From the NCBI GenBank assembly GCA_022426155.1, contig JAKMEE010000014.1, positions 6,207 to 70,206 of the forward strand: a stretch of DNA of 64,000 nucleotides. The letters are read 5' to 3'. The notes under the pieces are model-generated. The model did not search any database and had not been told where the DNA came from. It saw only the letters and a program-made list of their open reading frames with translations. Position 1 is the stretch's first letter. Every line of letters begins with the position of its first letter. The translations under genes and the position numbers were made by a program. Shown here piece by piece: positions 17,949 through 26,949 of the stretch. The stretch is from Poseidonia sp. GTDB taxonomy: Archaea; Thermoplasmatota; Poseidoniia; Poseidoniales; Poseidoniaceae.

Positions 17949-18451
17949 TGCTGGTTCGTTCATTGACGATTGACGACCTTGACCGCATGGCTCGCATCAA
18001 CCAAGAAGGGTTGCCAGGGACAGGTAAGATTTCTGACAAACAACTCGCAACGCTACTCGATATGTGTGAATTAGCCATCGGTGTTGAGAAGGAAGGCGTC
18101 TTAGTTGGTTATGTCCTGTGTTTGCTCCGCGGTGCGCCGTATTGGAGTTTGAATTATGCTTGGTTCAATGAAAGATATAAGAAATTCATCTATGTTGACC
18201 GCATAGCGGTAGATACACAGTTTCGTGATCAAGGAATTGGGTCTAAATTATACCAAAAAGTCATCCAATATTCAACTAAAAATAATGTCTCTATTACTGC
18301 AGAGGTTAGTTTAGATCCACCAAATCCAGGGTCAGACCGATTCCATATCCGTCATTCATTCAATTCAGTTGGAGAATTCCATCAGGAGAATCAATCAGTC
18401 ACCATGTACATCAGAGATTACCAATTAAACAAGAATGGTAAAAACAAATAA
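17948..18451 (+). CDS. GNAT-family N-acetyltransferase
   Basis: Acetyl-CoA motif A: YVDRIAVDTQFRDQGIGSKLYQKVI. The start overlaps the MMPL stop (TAATG). Confidence 0.8.
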   Translation: MLVRSLTIDDLDRMARINQEGLPGTGKISDKQLATLLDMCELAIGVEKEGVLVGYVLCLLRGAPYWSLNYAWFNERYKKFIYVDRIAVDTQFRDQGIGSKLYQKVIQYSTKNNVSITAEVSLDPPNPGSDRFHIRHSFNSVGEFHQENQSVTMYIRDYQLNKNGKNK

Positions 18452-18771
18452 TACACAATTGGAATAGAAACTAAGAAAGATAAAATCGCTAAGGCAATAT
18501 TCCACTCTTTCCCTTTCTCCGACTTAGTGGAATCCTCCCCGCGAGACTGTTCCCAAATGATTTTCTTATCATAATGAACTGCATCAAAAATACAAGAAAT
18601 GCAAAAAAATACGACGAAAGAACTGCAACCAAAGATGAAAAAGAATGGGATTAACAAACTGAAAATAAATGAAAAAAATAAACCGGTTATACCAATAACA
18701 ATTGTAAGACGATGTAATCGAAGGTATATTTCACCATCGTTAACTCCATTCTTCATGAGGCTCCCATTCAT
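18418..18771 (-). CDS. Small membrane protein, unknown function (AT-rich gene)
   Basis: 117 aa with 3-4 hydrophobic helices. The composition is visibly AT-rich. Its 3' end overlaps the convergent GNAT gene by 34 nt. Confidence 0.4.
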   Translation of the reverse strand: MNGSLMKNGVNDGEIYLRLHRLTIVIGITGLFFSFIFSLLIPFFFIFGCSSFVVFFCISCIFDAVHYDKKIIWEQSRGEDSTKSEKGKEWNIALAILSFLVSIPIVYYLFLPFLFNW

Positions 18772-18940
18772 TAGTGACTAAAATAAGTGGTGCAGAGGAC
18801 CGTCATAACTCTCCGAACCCTGGTTAGATGCGGCTCCATGCTCGCCACGGATTTGACTCTCTCCAACTGCTTGAGCATGCCGATTATTCGGTGATGACGA
18901 TGTTGCGGCCCTCTGACTGAACCCTTGAAGCGATGCGTTC

Positions 18941-20758
18941 ATGAAGGGTTGGGCACCCCCTCAACTTGCTCTCATTGGGGTTGGCCCCTTGAAAGCGGTG
19001 TTCTGTATGACTGAAAAAGAAGCGTCGCGACCCCAAGACGACGAAGAAGAAGATTGGATGAAATACGCCAATGCAGGATTCGGAGAAACGGATTATTCAT
19101 TGTGGGATGACGCTGAAGAAGTTCCAGACACGCCTGACGAGGAAGAAGAAAAACAGGACCTCAACGATTCCGACCAACTTGAGACACACATGGAGGAAAT
19201 CCCTCGTGCTCCTTCGCCTGTTGGACACAAGCATCTCGTTCGAATTGGTGCATGTAACGCCTGTTTGGGCCGTGTGGGTGGAAAGAAACGCTACGAACAA
19301 ACCATCGAACAATCGGGTGAAGAAATTCGTGCATCGGTGATTGACAGAGACGGTCATTTAGCCACGGCAAGGGACGAAGTTCCGTTGTGTCCTTTTTGTG
19401 AAAACCTCTTCGAGGAGATTGAACTTCTCGCTGACATCGTTTACGATAATCTTGCGCCCTACGAACTGAGCCGATTGCAACTTGGGGCTCGCTTTCCCAA
19501 AGACCAAATGGAAACAGAAGAAGTGCTTCGCAAGCGATACGGCGCTGGAGGTTCCGACGCACTCAAAGCAGGTCTTGTCTCACAAATTGCATTGCGATTG
19601 AAGGACCGATTAGATGATGTTCGCATCGTCAACGACAAGCCCGATGTTCTCGCTCTCATCGACGTCCTCACCCTGACGGTGGACATGGATATTCGCGCCG
19701 TTTACATGTACGGGCGATATCGAAAATTGGAACGGGGCATTCCTCAAACTCGCTGGCCTTGTCGTGCTTGCAAAGGTCGCGGTTGCAAACGATGTGATGA
19801 CACTGGTTTGCAATACAAACGAAGCGTTCAGGACCTGATCGGCAATCCGTTATTGGAGACCTTTGAAGCAACCGAACATGCCTTCCACGGAATGGGTCGG
19901 GAGGACATCGATGTTCGTTGCATGGGTCGTGGGCGACCGTTTGTCATGGAATTCAAGCAACCCAAAAAACGTACGATTGAGCCTGAAACCCTAAGCGAAA
20001 TTGTCAATTCAAATGCTGGCGGTGCCATTGAAGTGCTCTCCTTGAGAGCTTCCAATCGCAGTGAAGTTGTCCGAATCAAGGATACACCTGCAGAAAAGTC
20101 GTATTCGATTCGTTTCCGTGTCGAGCCCATGAATGAAGCCGAGTATGCAGTACTCACCGCACCGGTTGACCTCACCAAAGAAGATGTCCAAACTCGTAGT
20201 ACCAAACGCCGCAAGCCAAGGCAACGTCGAGGCGACAAGCATCAAGACCGCACCAAACCGCTTGAACATGAAGTGGTCACTCCCTCAACAGGACCAAGTC
20301 TTGAGGAACTTCAAGGGATGAAGAAAGCCGAACTTGTCTCATTAGCAGAGCAACACGAATTGAAAAAGACGGGAACGAAAGCCGAACTGGTTGAACGTAT
20401 CGTTGCTGCCTTACCCCCTGCTCCCGCAGTATTTGACCTTCCTGACGAAGCGGCCATCATCGAGATCATCAAAGGATTGAACGGTGTCAAATTGGCCCAG
20501 CGCACCCCTGAACGAGTCGCACACCGCCGTGCTGATTTAGTCCGTCGGCGCACCGTCTTCGAGGCTCATCCGCCGGTGATTGAAATCGCAGAAGACGGTG
20601 TGATGGAAGTCGAATTCACACTACGTTGTGAGTCGGGAACCTATGTCAAGGAAACCGTCCACGGAGATAGTGGTCGTACCCAACCTTCTCTCGCTTCGCT
20701 CATCAAAGCAAAGTGCAACGTCCAGTGGTTGGACGTCGGCGATATCCACGCTGATTGA
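18941..20758 (+). CDS. pus10: tRNA pseudouridine-54/55 synthase Pus10 with acidic N-terminal and internal basic/SAP-like insertions
   Basis: Zn-ribbon cysteines (CNACLGRV...CPFC; RWPCRACKGRGCKRCDDTG), catalytic region GREDIDVRCMGRGRPFVMEF, QRTPERVAHRRAD, and YVKETVHGDSGRTQPSL. The start is uncertain; Met23 at 19007 is an alternative. Confidence 0.85.
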   Translation: MKGWAPPQLALIGVGPLKAVFCMTEKEASRPQDDEEEDWMKYANAGFGETDYSLWDDAEEVPDTPDEEEEKQDLNDSDQLETHMEEIPRAPSPVGHKHLVRIGACNACLGRVGGKKRYEQTIEQSGEEIRASVIDRDGHLATARDEVPLCPFCENLFEEIELLADIVYDNLAPYELSRLQLGARFPKDQMETEEVLRKRYGAGGSDALKAGLVSQIALRLKDRLDDVRIVNDKPDVLALIDVLTLTVDMDIRAVYMYGRYRKLERGIPQTRWPCRACKGRGCKRCDDTGLQYKRSVQDLIGNPLLETFEATEHAFHGMGREDIDVRCMGRGRPFVMEFKQPKKRTIEPETLSEIVNSNAGGAIEVLSLRASNRSEVVRIKDTPAEKSYSIRFRVEPMNEAEYAVLTAPVDLTKEDVQTRSTKRRKPRQRRGDKHQDRTKPLEHEVVTPSTGPSLEELQGMKKAELVSLAEQHELKKTGTKAELVERIVAALPPAPAVFDLPDEAAIIEIIKGLNGVKLAQRTPERVAHRRADLVRRRTVFEAHPPVIEIAEDGVMEVEFTLRCESGTYVKETVHGDSGRTQPSLASLIKAKCNVQWLDVGDIHAD

Positions 20759-20876
20759 CCTGATTTGAGGCAATGAGGGATGGACTGCACCGTCGCGGTG
20801 CTTATATGGGGATGGTCGGTCGGCGAAATGCTCCGAAGAGGCGTTTACGCTGATTCGGACGACAGAGGCGAACAAC

Positions 20877-21167
20877 ATGAAGCGATCCAAGGGACAGCGT
20901 GTGGGAACACGAAGCATTCTACGACGTAGAAAAAACGAGCGCAGTCGCTTGAATATCAGTCGCGTCATGCACGATTACGAACCTGGAGACCGTGTGGCTA
21001 TCGTCCTTGACGGTGGTCAGCAAGGTGGCATGCCCCACCGACGATTCCACGGCCGCACAGGGTTCATCGAAAAGCGCCAAGGTGTGGCTTGGATTGTTGC
21101 CGTCAAAGACGGTAACATGCAGAAAACTGTCATCGCCCGCCCTGAACACCTTCGACCCCTTGAATGA
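20877..21167 (+). CDS. rpl21e: 50S ribosomal protein L21e
   Basis: MKRSKGQRVGTR...PGDRVAIVLD...HRRFHGRTGFI. 96 aa. First gene of the conserved L21e-RpoF-DUF655-KsgA cluster. Confidence 0.9.
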   Translation: MKRSKGQRVGTRSILRRRKNERSRLNISRVMHDYEPGDRVAIVLDGGQQGGMPHRRFHGRTGFIEKRQGVAWIVAVKDGNMQKTVIARPEHLRPLE

Positions 21168-21177
21168 GGAATGACCT

Positions 21178-21555
21178 ATGGCTAACGAAGATAATTTCCT
21201 TGATTTTGCTACCGTCCGTGACATGCTCATCGACGCCAATGAGCGCCGTGGTCAACTGACCTACGAGCAAAAAGCCGCCCTCCAACACGCTGAATGGGCC
21301 GCCAGCAACGCTCGTAACGGTCACGTGACCCGAGGTGAACACTTTGAACAACTTCGTGCTCGATTAGTGGCTGAAGTTGATGTGTTCGCAAAGCACCCCG
21401 GCCTCGCTGCAAAGGTCGCTGAATTGATTCCTACCCACCCTGAAGATATCGAAGCCGTGCTTCGCTCAAAGCGGGTGAAATCCGACGACCGAACCAACGG
21501 CGACACCGATGCCATTTTGGACATTGTTCGCCAAGTCTATTCGTTCGAACAATGA
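21178..21555 (+). CDS. rpoF: DNA-directed RNA polymerase subunit Rpo4/F
   Basis: 125 aa. The position after rpl21e and the N-terminal pattern (FATVRDMLIDANERRGQLTYEQKAALQHAEW) fit archaeal RpoF. Confidence 0.7.
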   Translation: MANEDNFLDFATVRDMLIDANERRGQLTYEQKAALQHAEWAASNARNGHVTRGEHFEQLRARLVAEVDVFAKHPGLAAKVAELIPTHPEDIEAVLRSKRVKSDDRTNGDTDAILDIVRQVYSFEQ

Positions 21556-21577
21556 ACATGCTTTCAGGTGAATCACC

Positions 21578-22384
21578 ATGACCGACCCTCGGCGAAGGCG
21601 CCACATTGACGCACCATCTGGTCCAAAGAAGAAGGCCAGTGCTGACCCTTCATCCTACAAAATGTCTCGACCTGCAATGGGGCGGAAAGAGGTTCCTAAG
21701 CCTAAACCGCAACAGCCCAAGCGTGAGAACCGACAAGGTTCCAAACAACAACGTGGGAAGCAATCTCGTGGCCAGCAACAACGCGGCGGTAACAATCGAT
21801 CTCAACGTCCCCGACAGGACCGCCCAGAGCGTCCCAAAGCGTTGATTGGTGAATCCTGGGCTCGTGTGATAGAACACGACACAGACAGCGGCGTCGTGAC
21901 AGCACTCAGTGAAGGCGGATTTGTGTTCTGCCGCGTGAAAGTCAAGTCAAACGACCCCGTTTTGATTCCAAGCCAGCGCATCTACATTGGAACCGAGGGA
22001 TCAAAACGTGAACACGTTGCGGAGATCATAGGGACTGCTCGACTGGACCGCATGTCGAACATGGCTCGTCTGGACATTCCTGTGGTGCTCCAACTCTTTG
22101 TTGAAGAAAACGCTCAACAGTTCCTTGAATCATTCTACAATCGCGCAGGCCCCCTTTCTCTGAAGCAACATTCATTTGAGTTGCTGCCCGATGTCGGTAA
22201 GAAGAAGGCAAAACAAATGGTGGATGCCCGTAACAATGTAGGAATTTTTTCCTCAATGAATGAACTCAATGACCATTGCAACATCGACGGAGCCGAGCTT
22301 TTGGCTCGACGGTTCATGCAGGAAATTGAAGACCCAACGCTTGAACCGCGCTTGTACAGTCTTCTCCTGCCGGTGGAAGCATGA
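21578..22384 (+). CDS. DUF655-type putative RNA-binding protein (OB plus HhH) with a long basic low-complexity N-terminus
   Basis: The conserved core IYIGTEGSKREHVAEIIGTARLDRMSN...FYNRAGPLSLKQHSFELLPDVGKKKAKQMV matches my recollection of DUF655, which sits between rpoF and ksgA in archaea. The first 95 aa or so are R/K/Q/P-rich. Confidence 0.65.
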   Translation: MTDPRRRRHIDAPSGPKKKASADPSSYKMSRPAMGRKEVPKPKPQQPKRENRQGSKQQRGKQSRGQQQRGGNNRSQRPRQDRPERPKALIGESWARVIEHDTDSGVVTALSEGGFVFCRVKVKSNDPVLIPSQRIYIGTEGSKREHVAEIIGTARLDRMSNMARLDIPVVLQLFVEENAQQFLESFYNRAGPLSLKQHSFELLPDVGKKKAKQMVDARNNVGIFSSMNELNDHCNIDGAELLARRFMQEIEDPTLEPRLYSLLLPVEA

Positions 22385-23256
22385 GAGGCGCACGTTGGCT
22401 GGTTGATTCGCTTCGTGGTAAGCAACCGTTCAACAAATCTCTTGGGCAACACTTCCTTGTTCACGACGACATCTTGCAGCGAACGGTGGCACTGGCAGAG
22501 GTGACGGATGAAGACCATGTGCTGGAGATTGGCCCTGGCCCTGGAGTGCTCACCGAAGTCTTGTTTGCCACGGGTTGCAAAGTAACAGCCATCGAAATAG
22601 ATGAAGGTGCATGTGAACATCTTCGGTCGGTATTTGCTCTTGAATTGGACGAGGAACAACTCGTCCTAACCGAGGGTGACGCTCTGCAAAAAGCATGGCC
22701 AAAAGACATCACCAAAGTGGTCGCTAACATACCTTACCAAATCTCATCTCCTCTCATTGACCAAATCACTCGCCATCACAGAAACCCTCACACTCAATCG
22801 TTGACCGATGTTGTGATCTTAGTGCAAGAAGAATTTGCAGAACGAGTGGTCATGGAGTACGAAAGCGATGTCGGCTCATTGGGCATGGTCGTTGCTTTGG
22901 ATTTCGATGTGGACATGAATGAGCGAGTTCCCCCGCATGCATTCTCGCCGATGCCTAAAGTGCATTCTCGACTCCTCCACTTAACACCTCACGGCCGATC
23001 TTGGAGTTGTGACCGACGCCTCTTGGTGATGATGATTCACGCGGCATTTTCTCAGCGCCGCAAAAAATTGAGATCAACGCTCAAAACAGCACCAAAACGC
23101 ATTGCACGAATCCCAGGTTGGCATGCAGGGCGATGGAAAATCGCCTATGCGAATTTGGTTGAAGACGAGCGACTGGAAGCCCGTCCAGAAGAGTTTGAGT
23201 TGGAAGATTGGATTGAATTAGGCGCTGATTTTGAATCGGTTGAAGAGGAATCTTGA
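22381..23256 (+). CDS. ksgA: 16S/18S rRNA (adenine-N6,N6)-dimethyltransferase KsgA/Dim1
   Basis: SLGQHFLVHDDIL, the SAM motif VLEIGPGPGVLTEVL, and NIPYQISSPLI. Confidence 0.9.
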   Translation: MRGARWLVDSLRGKQPFNKSLGQHFLVHDDILQRTVALAEVTDEDHVLEIGPGPGVLTEVLFATGCKVTAIEIDEGACEHLRSVFALELDEEQLVLTEGDALQKAWPKDITKVVANIPYQISSPLIDQITRHHRNPHTQSLTDVVILVQEEFAERVVMEYESDVGSLGMVVALDFDVDMNERVPPHAFSPMPKVHSRLLHLTPHGRSWSCDRRLLVMMIHAAFSQRRKKLRSTLKTAPKRIARIPGWHAGRWKIAYANLVEDERLEARPEEFELEDWIELGADFESVEEES

Positions 23257-23345
23257 GACTTCAAAAGGGCTCAATGATCTAGACGAATTGGGGAGAGGGT
23301 TTTCTTAGGAGCGCCTTCACGCCTTGACTTGTCGGAGGGGATGTT

Positions 23346-24434
23346 ATGGCCAAGAAGGACACCTATCTCGCACTGCTTCGGAGAGGTATTGACGACACCA
23401 CCGCCAACCAACTCGCTGATGCTGGGTTGAAGATTGGAGACTTGAAGAAGATCGACAAGGACATGTTGGTCGAAAACTACGGCCTCAAAGAAGACATCGC
23501 AAACGGTGTCATTGAAATCATCACCGCGGGACCACAATCTCACGGTAAGGAACGCTACCTCTCACGAGTTCTTGCTCCAGAAAAGAAGCAAGAGTCTCGT
23601 ATTGAAGAAATCAAGTTCAAGCGTGAGCAAAAAGACGTTCTCGCTGAGTTGGCTGAGCAAAAGGAGCGACTCAAGTTAGCCAAGGTTGAGGCTTTTCGAG
23701 CTCAGAAACTCATCATGAACCGATTGGGCAAGACCGTTGAACTCATTGTCAAGTTGGAAAACAACCTGTACGACGAATCCAAAGATGACCAGAAGGTCAA
23801 GATTCGAGATCAACTTGAGACTCGCGGACTTGAAGCCGCCAGGGACCATGAAATGTTGGAACTGGAGGGAACCCCTCAGGACATCGTTGATTTCCGCCGA
23901 AACCATGTACCAGGATTGATTTTCCATGCCTGTCCTGAATGTGGTGACGAACTCGACCCACGACAAGCTCGTGACCCTGACCGATCTGAGGCATGGGCTT
24001 TCATCTGTTGGGAATGCGAAACAAGTTTCGAACCCTCGTTGACTCAGCACATTGAGGGAATCCTCGGAGAAAATGCTCGAATTCGCATCGACCCTGACAA
24101 AGCCCCCCGCAATCCAGTTCCCCCCAAGCCTGCCAGCATGGACTTCACCACCGTCAATGACCTCATTCGGAAGGACCTCGAACAAACAGGTGCAACCGCT
24201 GATGAGATGACCAAGGCCGTTGAGGAAAGCGTGGTTGCTGGTGGACTCATGGACATCAACGAATGGATTGATCAAACCCTCGCTGCCAAGAATTACATCC
24301 AAGCTCAAGAAGACCGAGAAGATTTCATTCTCCGCACAGGTGCTGGAGCAACCAAGTTCAACAAGTGGATGAAGAAGGCAGGATTGTTCTTCAACAAGCA
24401 AACCGGTCGTTGGACTCGAGAAAAGGGACGATGA
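23346..24434 (+). CDS. Hypothetical protein: HhH-like N-terminus, coiled coil, CPEC...CWEC zinc ribbon
   Basis: N-terminus GIDDTTANQLADAGLKIGDLKKI, a K/E-rich heptad region, and ACPECGDELDP...FICWECETSF. No family was recognised. Confidence 0.6.
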   Translation: MAKKDTYLALLRRGIDDTTANQLADAGLKIGDLKKIDKDMLVENYGLKEDIANGVIEIITAGPQSHGKERYLSRVLAPEKKQESRIEEIKFKREQKDVLAELAEQKERLKLAKVEAFRAQKLIMNRLGKTVELIVKLENNLYDESKDDQKVKIRDQLETRGLEAARDHEMLELEGTPQDIVDFRRNHVPGLIFHACPECGDELDPRQARDPDRSEAWAFICWECETSFEPSLTQHIEGILGENARIRIDPDKAPRNPVPPKPASMDFTTVNDLIRKDLEQTGATADEMTKAVEESVVAGGLMDINEWIDQTLAAKNYIQAQEDREDFILRTGAGATKFNKWMKKAGLFFNKQTGRWTREKGR

Positions 24435-24444
24435 GGCGAACTTC

Positions 24445-24792
24445 ATGTCAGCTGGCACCACCGGCCTTGACCTCGATGCCCCCAAGCCTGATGCCAAAGA
24501 ACCCAACCCTGTGATACGTTTTCTGAAAGGTGCTGAGTTGCTCGGTCAGTGTGCTGTCAACCCGGGTGAAACCATAGTCGATCATGCCGAGGCATGTGGC
24601 ATTCGCCTTCCCACGAATTGCACCTCTGGAACATGCGGCACTTGCATGGTCAGCCTCATTTTGGGAGAGGTCCCCCTTCCTGAAACTTTACCCCCTGGCC
24701 TTGACGATTTCTTGGTGGAAGAAGGGGCAAGGTTGGGTTGTATCGGCCTCCCTGTTGGAGATGTTGACATCGACATCCGCCCACCAATCTGA
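24445..24792 (+). CDS. Plant-type [2Fe-2S] ferredoxin
   Basis: Cluster ligands C-x4-C-x2-C...C: NCTSGTCGTCMVSL ... ARLGCIG. Confidence 0.8.
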   Translation: MSAGTTGLDLDAPKPDAKEPNPVIRFLKGAELLGQCAVNPGETIVDHAEACGIRLPTNCTSGTCGTCMVSLILGEVPLPETLPPGLDDFLVEEGARLGCIGLPVGDVDIDIRPPI

Positions 24793-24801
24793 GGTGAGCA
24801 A

Positions 24802-24993
24802 ATGTTTGATTCCTGGGGAGCAACTGAATGGTTCATTCTCGTCATCGACCTTGTAGCACTCGCCATTGTAGTTGAATTCCTTCGTCGGAAAATCAAACAC
24901 AAACTCGACGAAGTTGAGGTGCGACAAGCCTTCCATCTTCAGCAACGCCGAGCAGCCCCCCCCACAACCATCGATGAAACAAGCGACGAATGA
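24802..24993 (+). CDS. Small single-TM protein, unknown function
   Basis: 63 aa. TM helix WFILVIDLVALAIVVEFL followed by a basic then acidic tail. It sits 10 nt after the ferredoxin stop. Confidence 0.35.
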   Translation: MFDSWGATEWFILVIDLVALAIVVEFLRRKIKHKLDEVEVRQAFHLQQRRAAPPTTIDETSDE

Positions 24994-25165
24994 ATAAGTG
25001 GAACACTATGGCATGGGCGTCGTATTTTGGACAGGCATCATCAAGTGGCAACTACCTCGAATCAAGAAATGGAATCGAAACCGCAAGAAAAAAGCCCAAG
25101 CCGAAAATTGAGCACCTCAATGGCCTTGCAGATGCTTCAAGAACCCTTGACGATGTCATCTTGGC

Positions 25166-26425
25166 ATGAGTGAAGGGGCCCAAACCACAACTGGCCCCAT
25201 CCCCATCGGCCAATTTGTCTTACTGGTCAAGCAGACGCTCAAGCAAGATCACCTCTTGCAGCACCAAGCTCTCCGAGGAGAAGTATCTCAATGGAAAGTG
25301 CATAACGGGAATGTCTACTTCTCGTTACGAGATGAACAAGGTCAGATGAATTGTGTCATTTGGCGCAATTCAGCCGTGGTACATCCTAGCATCAAAGAGG
25401 GCAGTGAAGTTGTCGTTATCGGAGGGTTGGATATATGGCCCAAACGAGGTAACTTGCAGTTGGTCGTGCAGCGGATTGAGCCCATCCAGACACTCGGGGC
25501 CATGGAGGAAGCTCGACGAGCCTTGATTGAATCCTTGCGCAATGAAGGGGCGTTAGACCGTCCACGGATGGCCTTACCGACCTTACCCAAACATATCGCC
25601 ATCGTCACCGGTGCTGGCTCTGCAGCACTTGCAGACATGCAACAACTCATTGAGAATCGGTGGCCTGGCTTACGCGTTACCGTCATCGGTGTACTCGTTC
25701 AAGGTCAACAAGCGGTCAATGAATTAGTTCGTGGACTCGCGGTCACTCGTTCGCTTGCAAAACCCGAGATTGCCCGACGGTTGGGATTACCACCCGTTGA
25801 CGCGGTTATCGTTGGACGTGGTGGAGGCTCGGCAGAAGACCTCTGGGCCTTCAACCTCGAACCTGTTGTCAGAGCCATCATGGCAAGCCCCGTCCCCATC
25901 ATCTCTGCTGTAGGGCATGAATCGGACGTCTTGGTGAGTGACCTCATCGCTGATGTTCGAGCCTCAACTCCATCCAATGCAGTGGAACGTTTGGTGCCCG
26001 ACCGTCACGATGTGATGATGTGGATGGAAGATCAATCCGATCGATTGGGGAGTGCTGTACATCGAAGGTTCTCAGAACTTCGACAACACCTGATGTTCAT
26101 GCGCACTCAACTTTCTCATGCCCCTGCCAAGGGCTTGGCCATCGAGCAACAGAAGGTAACTGCACTGCATCATCGATTGAACCGTAGCACCGATGCCATG
26201 CTCGCTGGGCAACATCAACGCCTTGCAAGTTTGGCTGCTACCCTGAATGCTGCTCATCCTCAGCGAGTCCTTGAGCGCGGTTATACCATGGTGCAAGGCC
26301 GAGATGGTCGGGTGCTCACAGATGTGGCGAGCCTTCAACAAGGGCAGACTATCAACCTGCAATTCGCTGACGGCCGAGCAGAGGCCGATATTCACACCAT
26401 TCATACCGAGGAGGATACATCATGA
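25166..26425 (+). CDS. xseA: Exodeoxyribonuclease VII large subunit
   Basis: N-terminal OB fold (GEVSQWKVHNGNVYFSLRDEQGQMNCVIWR) and the catalytic region IAIVTGAGSAALADM, VIVGRGGGSAEDLWAFN, PIISAVGHESD. Confidence 0.9.
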   Translation: MSEGAQTTTGPIPIGQFVLLVKQTLKQDHLLQHQALRGEVSQWKVHNGNVYFSLRDEQGQMNCVIWRNSAVVHPSIKEGSEVVVIGGLDIWPKRGNLQLVVQRIEPIQTLGAMEEARRALIESLRNEGALDRPRMALPTLPKHIAIVTGAGSAALADMQQLIENRWPGLRVTVIGVLVQGQQAVNELVRGLAVTRSLAKPEIARRLGLPPVDAVIVGRGGGSAEDLWAFNLEPVVRAIMASPVPIISAVGHESDVLVSDLIADVRASTPSNAVERLVPDRHDVMMWMEDQSDRLGSAVHRRFSELRQHLMFMRTQLSHAPAKGLAIEQQKVTALHHRLNRSTDAMLAGQHQRLASLAATLNAAHPQRVLERGYTMVQGRDGRVLTDVASLQQGQTINLQFADGRAEADIHTIHTEEDTS

Positions 26426-26643
26426 GCGAAGAAAAACCGACCTATAGCGAAGCCGTACAACGACTCGAAGCCATTGTGGCTGACCTTGAGCGTGGTGGAA
26501 AGAACCTCGACGAAACACTCGCTATGTTCGAAGAGGGAAAGGCCCTTTTGACCCAATGTCAAGAAGAATTGAAATCAGCAGAAGGTCGTTTAGCAGAACT
26601 GCGTTTGGACGAGGCTGAAGCTCTGGCCAGCAATGAAAATTGA
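26422..26643 (+). CDS. xseB: Exodeoxyribonuclease VII small subunit
   Basis: A 73-aa helical protein, YSEAVQRLEAIVADLERGGKNLDETLAMFEEGKAL. ATGA overlap with xseA. Confidence 0.85.
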   Translation: MSEEKPTYSEAVQRLEAIVADLERGGKNLDETLAMFEEGKALLTQCQEELKSAEGRLAELRLDEAEALASNEN

Positions 26644-26652
26644 AGTGATAGA

Positions 26653-26949
26653 ATGGGTCGTAAACTCGCAGCATTACAACGCCGTATTGCTCGTGTTTTC
26701 GCTGGATGGAAAGACCCTCACGACCGCCGCCCCTATCCTGAACTCGACATCGTTCAACGCCTTGAAATCAAGGAAGACGGCGAGATTGCGCTGACAATCA
26801 AGCCCTCACGCCCCCATTGCCCGTGTTGCCTACTTGACATCGATGCCTTGAGAAAGCGCTTGTGCGAGGTCAAAGGCGTGACCTTTGTTCACGTCGAAAT
26901 TGTTGACATCCCTGCCGCTGGGCGCTGGACTCGAAGCATCAATCGTTGA
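26653..26949 (+). CDS. DUF59/MIP18-like small protein (putative Fe-S assembly related)
   Basis: 98 aa. The layout PELDIVQRLEI...ALTIKPSRPHCPCCLLDI...VHVEIV resembles DUF59. The assignment is tentative. Confidence 0.4.
   Translation: MGRKLAALQRRIARVFAGWKDPHDRRPYPELDIVQRLEIKEDGEIALTIKPSRPHCPCCLLDIDALRKRLCEVKGVTFVHVEIVDIPAAGRWTRSINR

Noticed and set aside
18891-18920. A C/D-box sRNA-like signal: GTGATGA, then 15 nt, then CTGACTGA.
   Set aside because: Only one box pair is present. The spacing is 15 nt rather than the usual ~12, there are no C'/D' or terminal-stem partners, and the element is too short (~30 nt).
23676-24506. A 276-aa ORF on the minus strand.
   Set aside because: It lies entirely antisense to the better-supported 23346-24434 gene and the ferredoxin start. 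Its composition is Ser/Leu/Gly-rich shadow-like, and it has no motifs.
25008-25169. A 53-aa plus-strand ORF upstream of xseA that ends in an ATGA overlap with it.
   Set aside because: It has no recognisable motif and a plausible alternative as 5' UTR. The evidence is insufficient.
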